Positions 56,502 through 64,000 of a DNA stretch of 64,000 nucleotides are shown here, in pieces. Below the pieces are notes generated by a model. It saw nothing but the letters and a program-made list of their open reading frames with translations, did no database searches and was not told the DNA's origin. The position numbers and the translations under genes were made by a program. Numbering within the stretch: position 1 is the first letter of the stretch; each line of letters starts with the position of its first letter. This stretch comes from Candidatus Poribacteria bacterium (GTDB lineage Bacteria; Poribacteria; WGA-4E; WGA-3G), in NCBI GenBank assembly GCA_965205015.1, contig OZ242029.1, forward strand, positions 4,448,001-4,512,000. The letters run 5' to 3'.

Positions 56502-57665
56502 ATGACCCCATTCAAATGTGTCCTCGCGCTCTTGATACTGTCCCTGACACCATTTAGCATTGCAGCACCGAGATACCATCCCGAAGCGGCACGGTTATAT
56601 GACGCTGGATTACGCGCGCTCGCTCACGGAGAGCAGGAAAAAGCGAGAATCGCCTTAGAGAGAGCCGTCACACGGGATGCGTCGTTAGCGGACGCACACT
56701 GCGTCTTGGGATTGATTTATAAAGGTGCTGAGGAGACCCATGCCGCGGCTGAAGCGTTTCAACAGGCAACGATCGCAGATGAAAACTATATCGAGGCATA
56801 TTATGAGCTGGGTGATGTGCTACTCGTTCACTTAGGCGACACCGCACAGGCAACACAGGTCCTACAGAAAGCAATCGCGCTGGATGCCGATCACGCACGC
56901 ATACGGACACTATTGGGCATCGCCTATTTTCGGGATAATCGCACCGATGCTGCCATTCGTGAACTTCAGCACGCACTTAAACGCGACCCAACTTCGCTGG
57001 CGGCACGCTATACGCTCGGTAACGCCTTTCTTCAACAAGAAGCGTGGCAGTCTGCTATTGATACTTTCAAAGCACTCATTGAAATCGATCCGTTCCACGC
57101 GAAGGCACATTTTTCCTTAGGCACCGCGTATCGCCGCATTGGAAAATCAGAAACAGCACAGCGGAATTTACAACGTTTTGAGATTCTGTCTATTGAGGAA
57201 GAACAATTGACACATCTCAAGCGATTTGTGAAGCAAAACCCTACCAATCCCGAGCCGTGGTACCGACTCGGTAGAATCCAACTCAAGCGGCAACTCTGGG
57301 CTGAGGCAACGCACTCTTTGGAACGTTACATCACACTTGCACCTCAAGAGACTCGAGGCTATGAAGCACTCGGATACGTTCACTTTCAAGGGCAGAACTA
57401 CAAACGATCGGTAGCGATGTACCAAAAAGCAATTCAGCGGAAACCGAATGTTGCAACGTACCGCAACAGCCTTGCGGGTGCTTATGTGATGTTAAAGCAG
57501 TATTCCGAAGCGATAGAGCAATATCAAACAGCCATTCATTTAAAGCCCGCCGAACCGCGTTTCTATCTCAACCTTTCCAAAGCTTACGAACGCATTGGGG
57601 CACACACAGAAGCCAAAAAGACCTATCAAGAATATGAACGTCTCACGTCAAAAGCCACAAAATAG
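56502..57665 (+). CDS. Exported tetratricopeptide-repeat protein
   Basis: Tandem TPR units (AHCVLG, AYYELG, ARYTLG, AHFSLG, WYRLG...A...P). Confidence 0.9.
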   Translation: MTPFKCVLALLILSLTPFSIAAPRYHPEAARLYDAGLRALAHGEQEKARIALERAVTRDASLADAHCVLGLIYKGAEETHAAAEAFQQATIADENYIEAYYELGDVLLVHLGDTAQATQVLQKAIALDADHARIRTLLGIAYFRDNRTDAAIRELQHALKRDPTSLAARYTLGNAFLQQEAWQSAIDTFKALIEIDPFHAKAHFSLGTAYRRIGKSETAQRNLQRFEILSIEEEQLTHLKRFVKQNPTNPEPWYRLGRIQLKRQLWAEATHSLERYITLAPQETRGYEALGYVHFQGQNYKRSVAMYQKAIQRKPNVATYRNSLAGAYVMLKQYSEAIEQYQTAIHLKPAEPRFYLNLSKAYERIGAHTEAKKTYQEYERLTSKATK

Positions 57666-57828
57666 CAGTCGGCAGTCGGCAGTCGGCAGTCGGAGAAATG
57701 GTAGTCGGTTTTTACCATCAATTTGTGCCTTAACACTTTCATCAAGGTGCGCGTTGATGGTAAAAGCTGTCGGTTATCGGTTAAACGAAAACCTCTTACC
57801 GAAAACTGAGAACCGAAGACTGATAACC
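57661..57828 (+). repeat. Heptamer-flanked miniature repeat element with internal hairpin
   Basis: AATAG(CAGTCGG)4; TTTTACCATCAA...TTGATGGTAAAA; AAACCTCTT; degenerate (GATAACC)-type heptamers at the far end. Confidence 0.65.
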
Positions 57829-58611
57829 CTCTTACTTTATGCCCTCTTGGCGTTTTCTCCCTGCGCGTGGGCTGCACTTGAAATGTGTCTCATCCCCGCG
57901 GGATATTTTACTATGGGCAGCGATGACGATCTGCCGAATGAAGCACCGGCACACAAAATCTATCTGGCTGCCTATTATATCGGCAAAACGGAGGTAACCA
58001 ACGCTGAATACCATCAGTTTTGGCTCGAAAACGGTGGCGTCGGTAATGAACACACCCCGATCAGTTATGACGGTGAATTTGGGACCTGGCCCCGCATCGC
58101 AAAAACGAAACCCAATCATCCCGTCATAGGCGTATCGTGGCATTCTGCCGTCGCCTACGCGACGTGGCGCGGCATGCGGCTACCGACTGAAGCGGAATGG
58201 GAAAAAGCGGCACGCGGGACAAACGCCAGACGGTGGCCCTGGGGTAATACCTTCACACAACGTATCAACGAAACAACCGTCCATGCCAACACGTGGAAGC
58301 AATCGAGGGGGCATCCGAAACCCGTTGGTGCCTATCCTACAGGGGCAAGTCCTTACGGCGCACATGACATGGCGGGTAACGTCTGGGAGTGGGTGGCTGA
58401 CTGGTATTCCGAAACCTACTATCATCACAGTCCCAATCGAAACCCAAAAGGACCAATGGTTGGGAGTCGTCGCGTTGTAAGAGGCGGATCGTGGTTGAAC
58501 AAGGAAAAGTTAGCGAGATGTTCCACGCGAATTGGGCAATACCCGGCGATCGGGACCAGTTTTATCGGATTCCGACTCGCGAAAGACGCGGAACTTGTGC
58601 ATGAAAAATAA
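57757..58611 (+). CDS. FGE-sulfatase (SUMF1/EgtB/PvdO) domain protein, probably not a formylglycine-generating enzyme
   Basis: IPAGYFTMGS; EVTNAEY; RLPTEAEWEKAARG; DMAGNVWEW; RGGSW; GFR. Lacks the CxxxxC pair after RGGS. Start is uncertain. Confidence 0.85.
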   Translation: MVKAVGYRLNENLLPKTENRRLITLLLYALLAFSPCAWAALEMCLIPAGYFTMGSDDDLPNEAPAHKIYLAAYYIGKTEVTNAEYHQFWLENGGVGNEHTPISYDGEFGTWPRIAKTKPNHPVIGVSWHSAVAYATWRGMRLPTEAEWEKAARGTNARRWPWGNTFTQRINETTVHANTWKQSRGHPKPVGAYPTGASPYGAHDMAGNVWEWVADWYSETYYHHSPNRNPKGPMVGSRRVVRGGSWLNKEKLARCSTRIGQYPAIGTSFIGFRLAKDAELVHEK

Positions 58612-60814
58612 AAGCATCCACCTCCTCATAATACTCCTTATAGGGTTATCAACGATCAACAGTCAGCATTGTCCCGCAGGTTTCCCATACGCGGCTTGCG
58701 TCGCAATCAGCAAAGGAACCGTCAACGGGCTCGCTGATAGCCACTCTACAGCGATCCAATTCGTTGATGTGACTGCGGAGGCAGGCATCGATTTTAGGCA
58801 CATCAATGGCGCTGAAGGGGCATATCATCTGCCCGAAACCCTCGGTGCTGGGGGTGCCTTTTTCGATGCCGACAGTGACGGTGCCTTGGACATCTACCTT
58901 GTTAACAGTGGCTATTGGAAGGAATCGTCCGCAACAGATGCAGCACTTAGTGCACTCTACCGTAACAACGGTGATGGAACTTTTACCGACATCACAGTGA
59001 CTGCAGGCGTTGGCAACCGCGGCAACTATGGACAAGGCGCAGCGTGCGCAGATTACGACAACGACGGCGATGTAGATCTTTACGTGACCAATTTCGGTGT
59101 CAATATGCTCTATCGCAATAATGGTGATAGCACCTTTACAGAGGTCACGGCTCATGCAGGGGTCGGCGACCCAGCTTGGAGTAGCAGCGCGTGTTTTCTG
59201 GACTATAATCGGGACGGATACCTCGATCTGTTCGTTGTTAACTACCTTGTGTACTCAACGGATGCTCCCTACCGTCCCTGCGGAGAAGATGGGGTTCAAA
59301 CCTATTGTCATCCCTCCCTGTATGAAGGCGCGCCTGATACGCTCTACCGTAATAACGGCGACGGAACTTTTACGGATGTCAGTCAGGAAGCCGGTGTTGG
59401 CGGTATTGGCGGCTTGTTTCACGGGAAAGGGTTAGGGGTCGTTTCAGCCGACTTCAACAACGATGGTGTTCCAGACCTTTATGTCGCAAACGACGATACC
59501 CGAAACGATTTTTTCTATAACAACGGTGATGGAACGTTCAGTGAAATTTCGCTGCTGGCTGGCTGTGCTTACAGTTTTAACGGCGTTGCACAAGCGGGGA
59601 TGGGGGTTGCCACTGACGATTACAACGGCGATGGCTGGTTTGATATTTTCGTTACGAACCTCTCTTATGAAACCAACGCGCTTTACCGGAACAACGGCGA
59701 CGGGACGTTCACGGATGTCGTTTATGAAACACATCTCGGTAAAGAGAGTTACCTGTTCGTCGGATTCGGCACAGGCTTCCTCGATGCGGACAACGATGGT
59801 TGGCGGGATATATTCATCGCGAATGGGCACATCATTGACAATATTGAAGACACACACGACATCCTGACCTATCGTCAACGGGATCAGATTTTCCGTAATC
59901 GAGGAGATAGCACATTTCAAGAGGTATCAGCAAACGCAGGGGACTATTTTCAAAGTGCTGCAGTAAGCCGCGGTGCACTTTTCGGTGATTATGATAACGA
60001 CGGCGATGTCGATATGCTCGTCACACAGTCTAATGGTCCTGTAACCTTATTGCGAAACGAGACCGGAACACAACACAACTGGGTTCGGATTAAAACCGTC
60101 GGTGTTATCAGCAGTCGGGACGGAATAGGGACGCGCGTTCTCTTGACAGCAGGCGGACACACACAAGTCCAGGAGGTCAGTCGAGGCGCAAGTTACCTGT
60201 CCAGTCACGACAGTCGACTCCACTTCGGCGTGGGAGCGCATGCTGTCATTGATAGGCTTGAAGTGCGGTGGCAGAGTGGTGTTGTACAAGTCTTTGAACA
60301 TCTCCCAACCAATCGGGAACACGTCCTCTCCGAGTTTTCAGACACACCCGAGGACAAACTCTTCAAAGCCGCATGGACGGGTGATATGACGAACCTTCAC
60401 AATACGAGTGCGAGTATGAATATAAAAGATGCACTCGGCAGGACTCCATTGCACATCGCCGCAGAAAAGGGGTACGAAGACGTAGTGATGCTTCTCGTTG
60501 AAAACGAAGCAGACGTGAACCTCACAGATGCCAAGGGTAATACACCCCTAATCTTTATTATCCACAAAACGGGAAATCTGGAGATTACCAAAAGATTGAT
60601 TGCAAAAGGTGCGGTCGTCAATGCTCAAAATCGGACCGGTGAAACGGCGTTGATGTATGCGGCGTGGCGCGGGCATTCAGAGATTGTCGAGCTTCTGCTT
60701 GAAAACCGCGCCGATGCCTCCGTGAAAAATAGACAAGGCGACACAGCACTGACGTTAGCAGAATCGAGAGGGCATCTCGACATTGTGCAGATGCTCCAAA
60801 CCATCACAGAATAG
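58601..60814 (+). CDS. CRTAC1-family FG-GAP/ASPIC-UnbV protein with C-terminal ankyrin repeats
   Basis: Repeated LYRNNGDGTFTD and DYDNDGDVD; SYLS...LHFGVG...LEVRWQSG; ankyrin motifs GRTPLHIAA, GNTPLI, GETALMYAA, GDTALTLA. Confidence 0.9.
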   Translation: MKNKSIHLLIILLIGLSTINSQHCPAGFPYAACVAISKGTVNGLADSHSTAIQFVDVTAEAGIDFRHINGAEGAYHLPETLGAGGAFFDADSDGALDIYLVNSGYWKESSATDAALSALYRNNGDGTFTDITVTAGVGNRGNYGQGAACADYDNDGDVDLYVTNFGVNMLYRNNGDSTFTEVTAHAGVGDPAWSSSACFLDYNRDGYLDLFVVNYLVYSTDAPYRPCGEDGVQTYCHPSLYEGAPDTLYRNNGDGTFTDVSQEAGVGGIGGLFHGKGLGVVSADFNNDGVPDLYVANDDTRNDFFYNNGDGTFSEISLLAGCAYSFNGVAQAGMGVATDDYNGDGWFDIFVTNLSYETNALYRNNGDGTFTDVVYETHLGKESYLFVGFGTGFLDADNDGWRDIFIANGHIIDNIEDTHDILTYRQRDQIFRNRGDSTFQEVSANAGDYFQSAAVSRGALFGDYDNDGDVDMLVTQSNGPVTLLRNETGTQHNWVRIKTVGVISSRDGIGTRVLLTAGGHTQVQEVSRGASYLSSHDSRLHFGVGAHAVIDRLEVRWQSGVVQVFEHLPTNREHVLSEFSDTPEDKLFKAAWTGDMTNLHNTSASMNIKDALGRTPLHIAAEKGYEDVVMLLVENEADVNLTDAKGNTPLIFIIHKTGNLEITKRLIAKGAVVNAQNRTGETALMYAAWRGHSEIVELLLENRADASVKNRQGDTALTLAESRGHLDIVQMLQTITE

Positions 60815-60854
60815 GCACACCCATGAAAGATTGCAAACACTACAGGAGCGCTAC

Positions 60855-62765
60855 ATGCCTTCGGCTTTAACCCGCGGTGTCACCTTCAAATCGGTTATAT
60901 TATCTCTCATCCTTATCCCGATCAACTGCTATTGGATTATGTACACGGAGATGGTCTGGTGGGGGCTTTTTCCGACAACAATGTCCCTATTTTTCAATGC
61001 AGTCTTCTTCGTATTTACGATCACGCTTCTCAATCTACTTGTCCGGCGGATAAACCAGCAGTGGGCATTGACGCACGGCGAACTCCTCGTTATCTATGTG
61101 ATGCTTTGCATGGCGAGCGCGATTGCTTCACACGACCATACACAAGTGCTTATTCCTATGATCGGGCATGTCTTCTGGTTCGATACCCCTGAAAACGAAT
61201 GGCGAGAACTTTTATACCGATACATGCCGACATGGGGGACAGTCCAAGATAAAGGAATTTTAGAGGGGTTTTACGAAGGGCAAACCACGTTTTATCGCGC
61301 AGAGGTCCTACAAGCATGGCTCGGTCCGACCCTGTGGTGGACGAGTTTCATCGTCGTGCTTGTGTTTGTGATGCTGTGTATTAACGTTGTACTCCGGAAG
61401 CAGTGGACCGAACGTGAGAAACTCGCCTACCCCATCATCCAATTGCCGTTAGAAATGACGCGGAACAGTGGTGCGAACTTCTTCAGAAGTAAACCCTTTT
61501 GGACGGCGTTTATCCTCGTTTCGTTGCTGAACCTTATTAACGGGTTCAGTTACCTCTTCCCGACGATCCCGATCATTGGCGTTCGGTTTCGGAATATCAG
61601 CCAATTCTTCACGGAAAAACCGTGGAATGCTATCGGTTGGACACCGTTTTCTATCTATCCGTTTGTCATCGGACTCGGATTCTTTATGCCTCTGGATTTA
61701 TCGTTCTCTTGCTGGTTTTTCTACCTGTTTCGCAAGATGCAACGGGTCGCTGGTGCCATCATCGGGGTTCGGGGATTACCCGGGTTTCCTTACGATCGCC
61801 AACAGTCACTGGGTGCGTATCTTGGGCTTGCGATTTTCGCGATATGGGCAAGCCGAAAATATCTCGCTGAAGTCTTTAGGCAGGTTGTCAGGGGACACTC
61901 CAGCCTTGATGAATCCGTTGAACCGATGCGATACCGAACTGCCGTTGTGGGTATTGTGTTGGGATGTATCTATCTCATCGCGTTTTCAGTGAAGATCGGC
62001 ATCAGTATTTCGCTCGGTATCGCTTTCTTTGTGATGTATTTCGCGTTGTCAACCGGGATTACACGGATGCGGGTAGAATCCGGTGCCCCTGCCCACGATC
62101 TCCATTTCATGGGTCCTGATTACGCTTTACCGGCGATTCTGGGTTCGCGGGGCATGGGGGGACCGAACCTGACAGCACTCTCTTTCCTATTTTTCTTTAA
62201 TCGTGCACACCGCAGTCATCCAATGCCGCATCAGTTAGAAGGGTTCCAACTTGCTTCGCGTGCGCGGTTTAATCCGAAACCTCTGGTGTGGGTAATGCTC
62301 CTTGCTGCCCTTGTCGGTTCGATCGGTTCTTTCTGGGCATATCTCCATGATGTATATCATTTTGGGGCGAGTGGCGGTTTTGCACGCCATCCCTTCAATC
62401 GGTTGCAACAACAACTCAATTTCCCGATGGGACCGAATGTTCCTGAAGTGACTGCGATGGGTATCGGTATGGGATTCACGTTCCTTTTGATGTTTTTACG
62501 GATGCGTTTCTTTTGGTGGCCCTTCCATGCCGTTGGTTATGCTGTTTCAGGTGCGGCGGATTGGTGTATGAACTGGCTCTGGATCTCACTCGTGATTAGC
62601 ACGACCGCAAAATGGCTGATTATCAAACAGGGGGGCTTGCAGTTGCATCGAAAGGCGGCACCGTTCTTCCTCGGCTTAATTCTCGGTGAGTTCGTCGCTG
62701 GAAGTTTATGGAGTTTCTACGGGATGGCAACAGAAACGCGCATATTTCCTTTTAAAGATTGGTAA
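60855..62765 (+). CDS. Polytopic membrane protein, DUF6785/DUF6784-like putative transporter
   Basis: TPENEW; RKQWTEREKLAYP; WWPFHAVGY; PFFLGLILGE; AGGAG RBS. Confidence 0.7.
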   Translation: MPSALTRGVTFKSVILSLILIPINCYWIMYTEMVWWGLFPTTMSLFFNAVFFVFTITLLNLLVRRINQQWALTHGELLVIYVMLCMASAIASHDHTQVLIPMIGHVFWFDTPENEWRELLYRYMPTWGTVQDKGILEGFYEGQTTFYRAEVLQAWLGPTLWWTSFIVVLVFVMLCINVVLRKQWTEREKLAYPIIQLPLEMTRNSGANFFRSKPFWTAFILVSLLNLINGFSYLFPTIPIIGVRFRNISQFFTEKPWNAIGWTPFSIYPFVIGLGFFMPLDLSFSCWFFYLFRKMQRVAGAIIGVRGLPGFPYDRQQSLGAYLGLAIFAIWASRKYLAEVFRQVVRGHSSLDESVEPMRYRTAVVGIVLGCIYLIAFSVKIGISISLGIAFFVMYFALSTGITRMRVESGAPAHDLHFMGPDYALPAILGSRGMGGPNLTALSFLFFFNRAHRSHPMPHQLEGFQLASRARFNPKPLVWVMLLAALVGSIGSFWAYLHDVYHFGASGGFARHPFNRLQQQLNFPMGPNVPEVTAMGIGMGFTFLLMFLRMRFFWWPFHAVGYAVSGAADWCMNWLWISLVISTTAKWLIIKQGGLQLHRKAAPFFLGLILGEFVAGSLWSFYGMATETRIFPFKDW

Positions 62766-62861
62766 TTATCTGCTGAGCAATTCTATCCCCGAATTACCTT
62801 TTTGAAATACAATTTGCGTCATATAGCATTTTAACTGCGTTTACGAACGCATTCCTATTTT

Positions 62862-62880
62862 GATAATGAAACCCATTATC
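62862..62880. promoter_or_regulatory. Fur box
   Basis: GATAATGAAACCCATTATC matches the consensus GATAATGATAATCATTATC at 16/19; it lies within a perfect 13-bp inverted repeat (62856-62886). Confidence 0.7.
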
Positions 62881-63276
62881 AAAATATATTTTTCCAAAGT
62901 AATGATATTTTGCTGTAAACACATACAACAACTGGGTTCATGGGCTTAGTACTGCGAAATTATGCCGTGGATATTGAATCAAAACGTGTCCGTCATTTAA
63001 CAACAGGATGCCAGATAATTTCGGCGGCATTTTTCCTTAATACTCCGAATGTGTTACCGAGAAATGTTGGTGAAGCGGTCAATTGGGAGGCTATCGTTCG
63101 ACCTCAGTTACGCATTCAGGTCAAACGTATAATATTACTGAAGGTAATATTGGTGAGACAGTGGAAAGGATATTTACAAAAAATGGAGGTAAGTGAGAAA
63201 CCGAAATCGTTTGATCTATTCTCCAGTTTCGTGATAAACTGAGAGTACTGATTTAGATACCGCAGGAGGGTAAAAA

Positions 63277-63759
63277 ATGTTAGCCGTTAAGGAACTCGGT
63301 CACGTCGGACTTTACTGTACCGATGTCCAAAAGTCTCAGGACTTCTATACCCGTATTCTCGGTCTCACCGTTACCGACGCGCATCCAGAAGGACATATTA
63401 TTTTCCTGAGCGCACAGCCAGAATCGGAACACCATGAGCTCGCCTTGTGTCCGGGCAGAGATGCCCCCCGAGGCGCAAAGGTGGTGCAACAGGTTTCGTT
63501 CATTGTTGAGGATATCACGGATTTAAAGCGGTTCTACGGACTTCTGAAGTCGGAAGGCGTCAGGATTCGGAGTGTGGTAAATCACGGAATCTCTTTGGCG
63601 ATTTACTTTTACGATCCCGATGAGAATGTCGTTGAGGTATACGCGAAGACCCCATATAAGGTCCCACAGCCGTTCTCTGAGGACGTAGACCTTGACTTGG
63701 ATGATGAGGAACTGATGCGGATTGCTGAGACAGGGTCTCCCGCTGAAGATGTTCACTAA
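63277..63759 (+). CDS. VOC/glyoxalase family protein
   Basis: LGHVGL; FYTRILGL; HHELAL; IYFYDPDENVVEVY; GGAGG RBS. Confidence 0.9.
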   Translation: MLAVKELGHVGLYCTDVQKSQDFYTRILGLTVTDAHPEGHIIFLSAQPESEHHELALCPGRDAPRGAKVVQQVSFIVEDITDLKRFYGLLKSEGVRIRSVVNHGISLAIYFYDPDENVVEVYAKTPYKVPQPFSEDVDLDLDDEELMRIAETGSPAEDVH

Positions 63760-63819
63760 AACAGTATTCTCTGTGAATGCGGAGACGCTAAGAAAAAGAA
63801 GGCGATAGGAAAGTTGGAA

Positions 63820-63846
63820 AGAGGCGCGCGTACAAAGCGCGCCTCT
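63820..63846. terminator. GC-rich hairpin between convergent genes
   Basis: AGAGGCGCGC-N7-GCGCGCCTCT. Confidence 0.6.
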
Positions 63847-63855
63847 ATTTTCGAC

Positions 63856-64000
63856 CTAAGAGAGTCCTTGTAAACTGCCAGTGCTATCGCCCAATTGGGC
63901 AAGGTCAACATCCATCCGATTGAGCATGGATAGCCAGAGATTGTTGAGGGGTGTCTCTTTCGGGTAGCGGATATGACGACCCGTCTTAATCGTGCCACAA
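63856..64000 (-). CDS. C-terminus of a DUF1552-like protein (5' partial; not in the ORF track)
   Basis: Manual translation: CGTIKTGRHIRYPKETPLNNLWLSMLNRMDVDLAQLGDSTGSLQGLS*. Confidence 0.75.
   Translation of the reverse strand, partial: CGTIKTGRHIRYPKETPLNNLWLSMLNRMDVDLAQLGDSTGSLQGLS

Noticed and set aside
57666-57693. (CAGTCGG)4 and similar arrays as CRISPR
   Set aside because: These are 7-bp tandem units with no spacers, and no cas genes are present.
57595-58611. FGE-domain gene as the maturase for the sulfatase, with a start at 57595
   Set aside because: It lacks the catalytic CxxxxC pair; the 57595 start overlaps the TPR gene and translates repeat DNA.
62940-63242. 100-aa ORF as a confident CDS, or a TGA in another frame as selenocysteine
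   Set aside because: No clear RBS or motif; the alternative frame also contains a TAA stop and I could not identify a SECIS.
63756-63998. 80-aa minus-strand ORF from the track
   Set aside because: A different minus frame gives a recognisable DUF1552-like C-terminus ending at 63856.

Overview
Gene-dense bacterial window (about 46 CDS); I saw no rRNA, tRNA, CRISPR array or transposase. The repertoire (several LamG proteins with a shared C-terminal W-x-x-[ILM]-K tail, three PhyH dioxygenases, sulfatase, ECF sigma factors with C-terminal extensions, TPR/ankyrin/FG-GAP proteins, DUF6785-type membrane proteins) resembles Candidatus Poribacteria; this is inference, not a database result. Main blocks: two tandem ECF sigma/ArsR-like fusions followed by two ABC-2 permeases and a toxin-antitoxin pair; a TetR unit with three operator sites; a 16.5-kb MoxR-DUF58-BatA-vWA operon; catabolic enzymes; a LamG-GH67-beta-helix fusion; a His-rich exported protein; and a TPR-FGE-CRTAC1/ankyrin cluster. 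Best leads: (1) conserved in-frame internal ribosome-binding sites that may split both ECF genes into two products, plus a candidate ECF promoter motif in four copies; (2) a candidate C-terminal sorting signal on five exported proteins; (3) short repeat elements inserted inside protein-coding genes, one read in two different frames; (4) a near-consensus Fur box and a perfect sigma54 promoter that have no obvious adjacent CDS. All product calls come from motif recognition in the translations; no searches were run.
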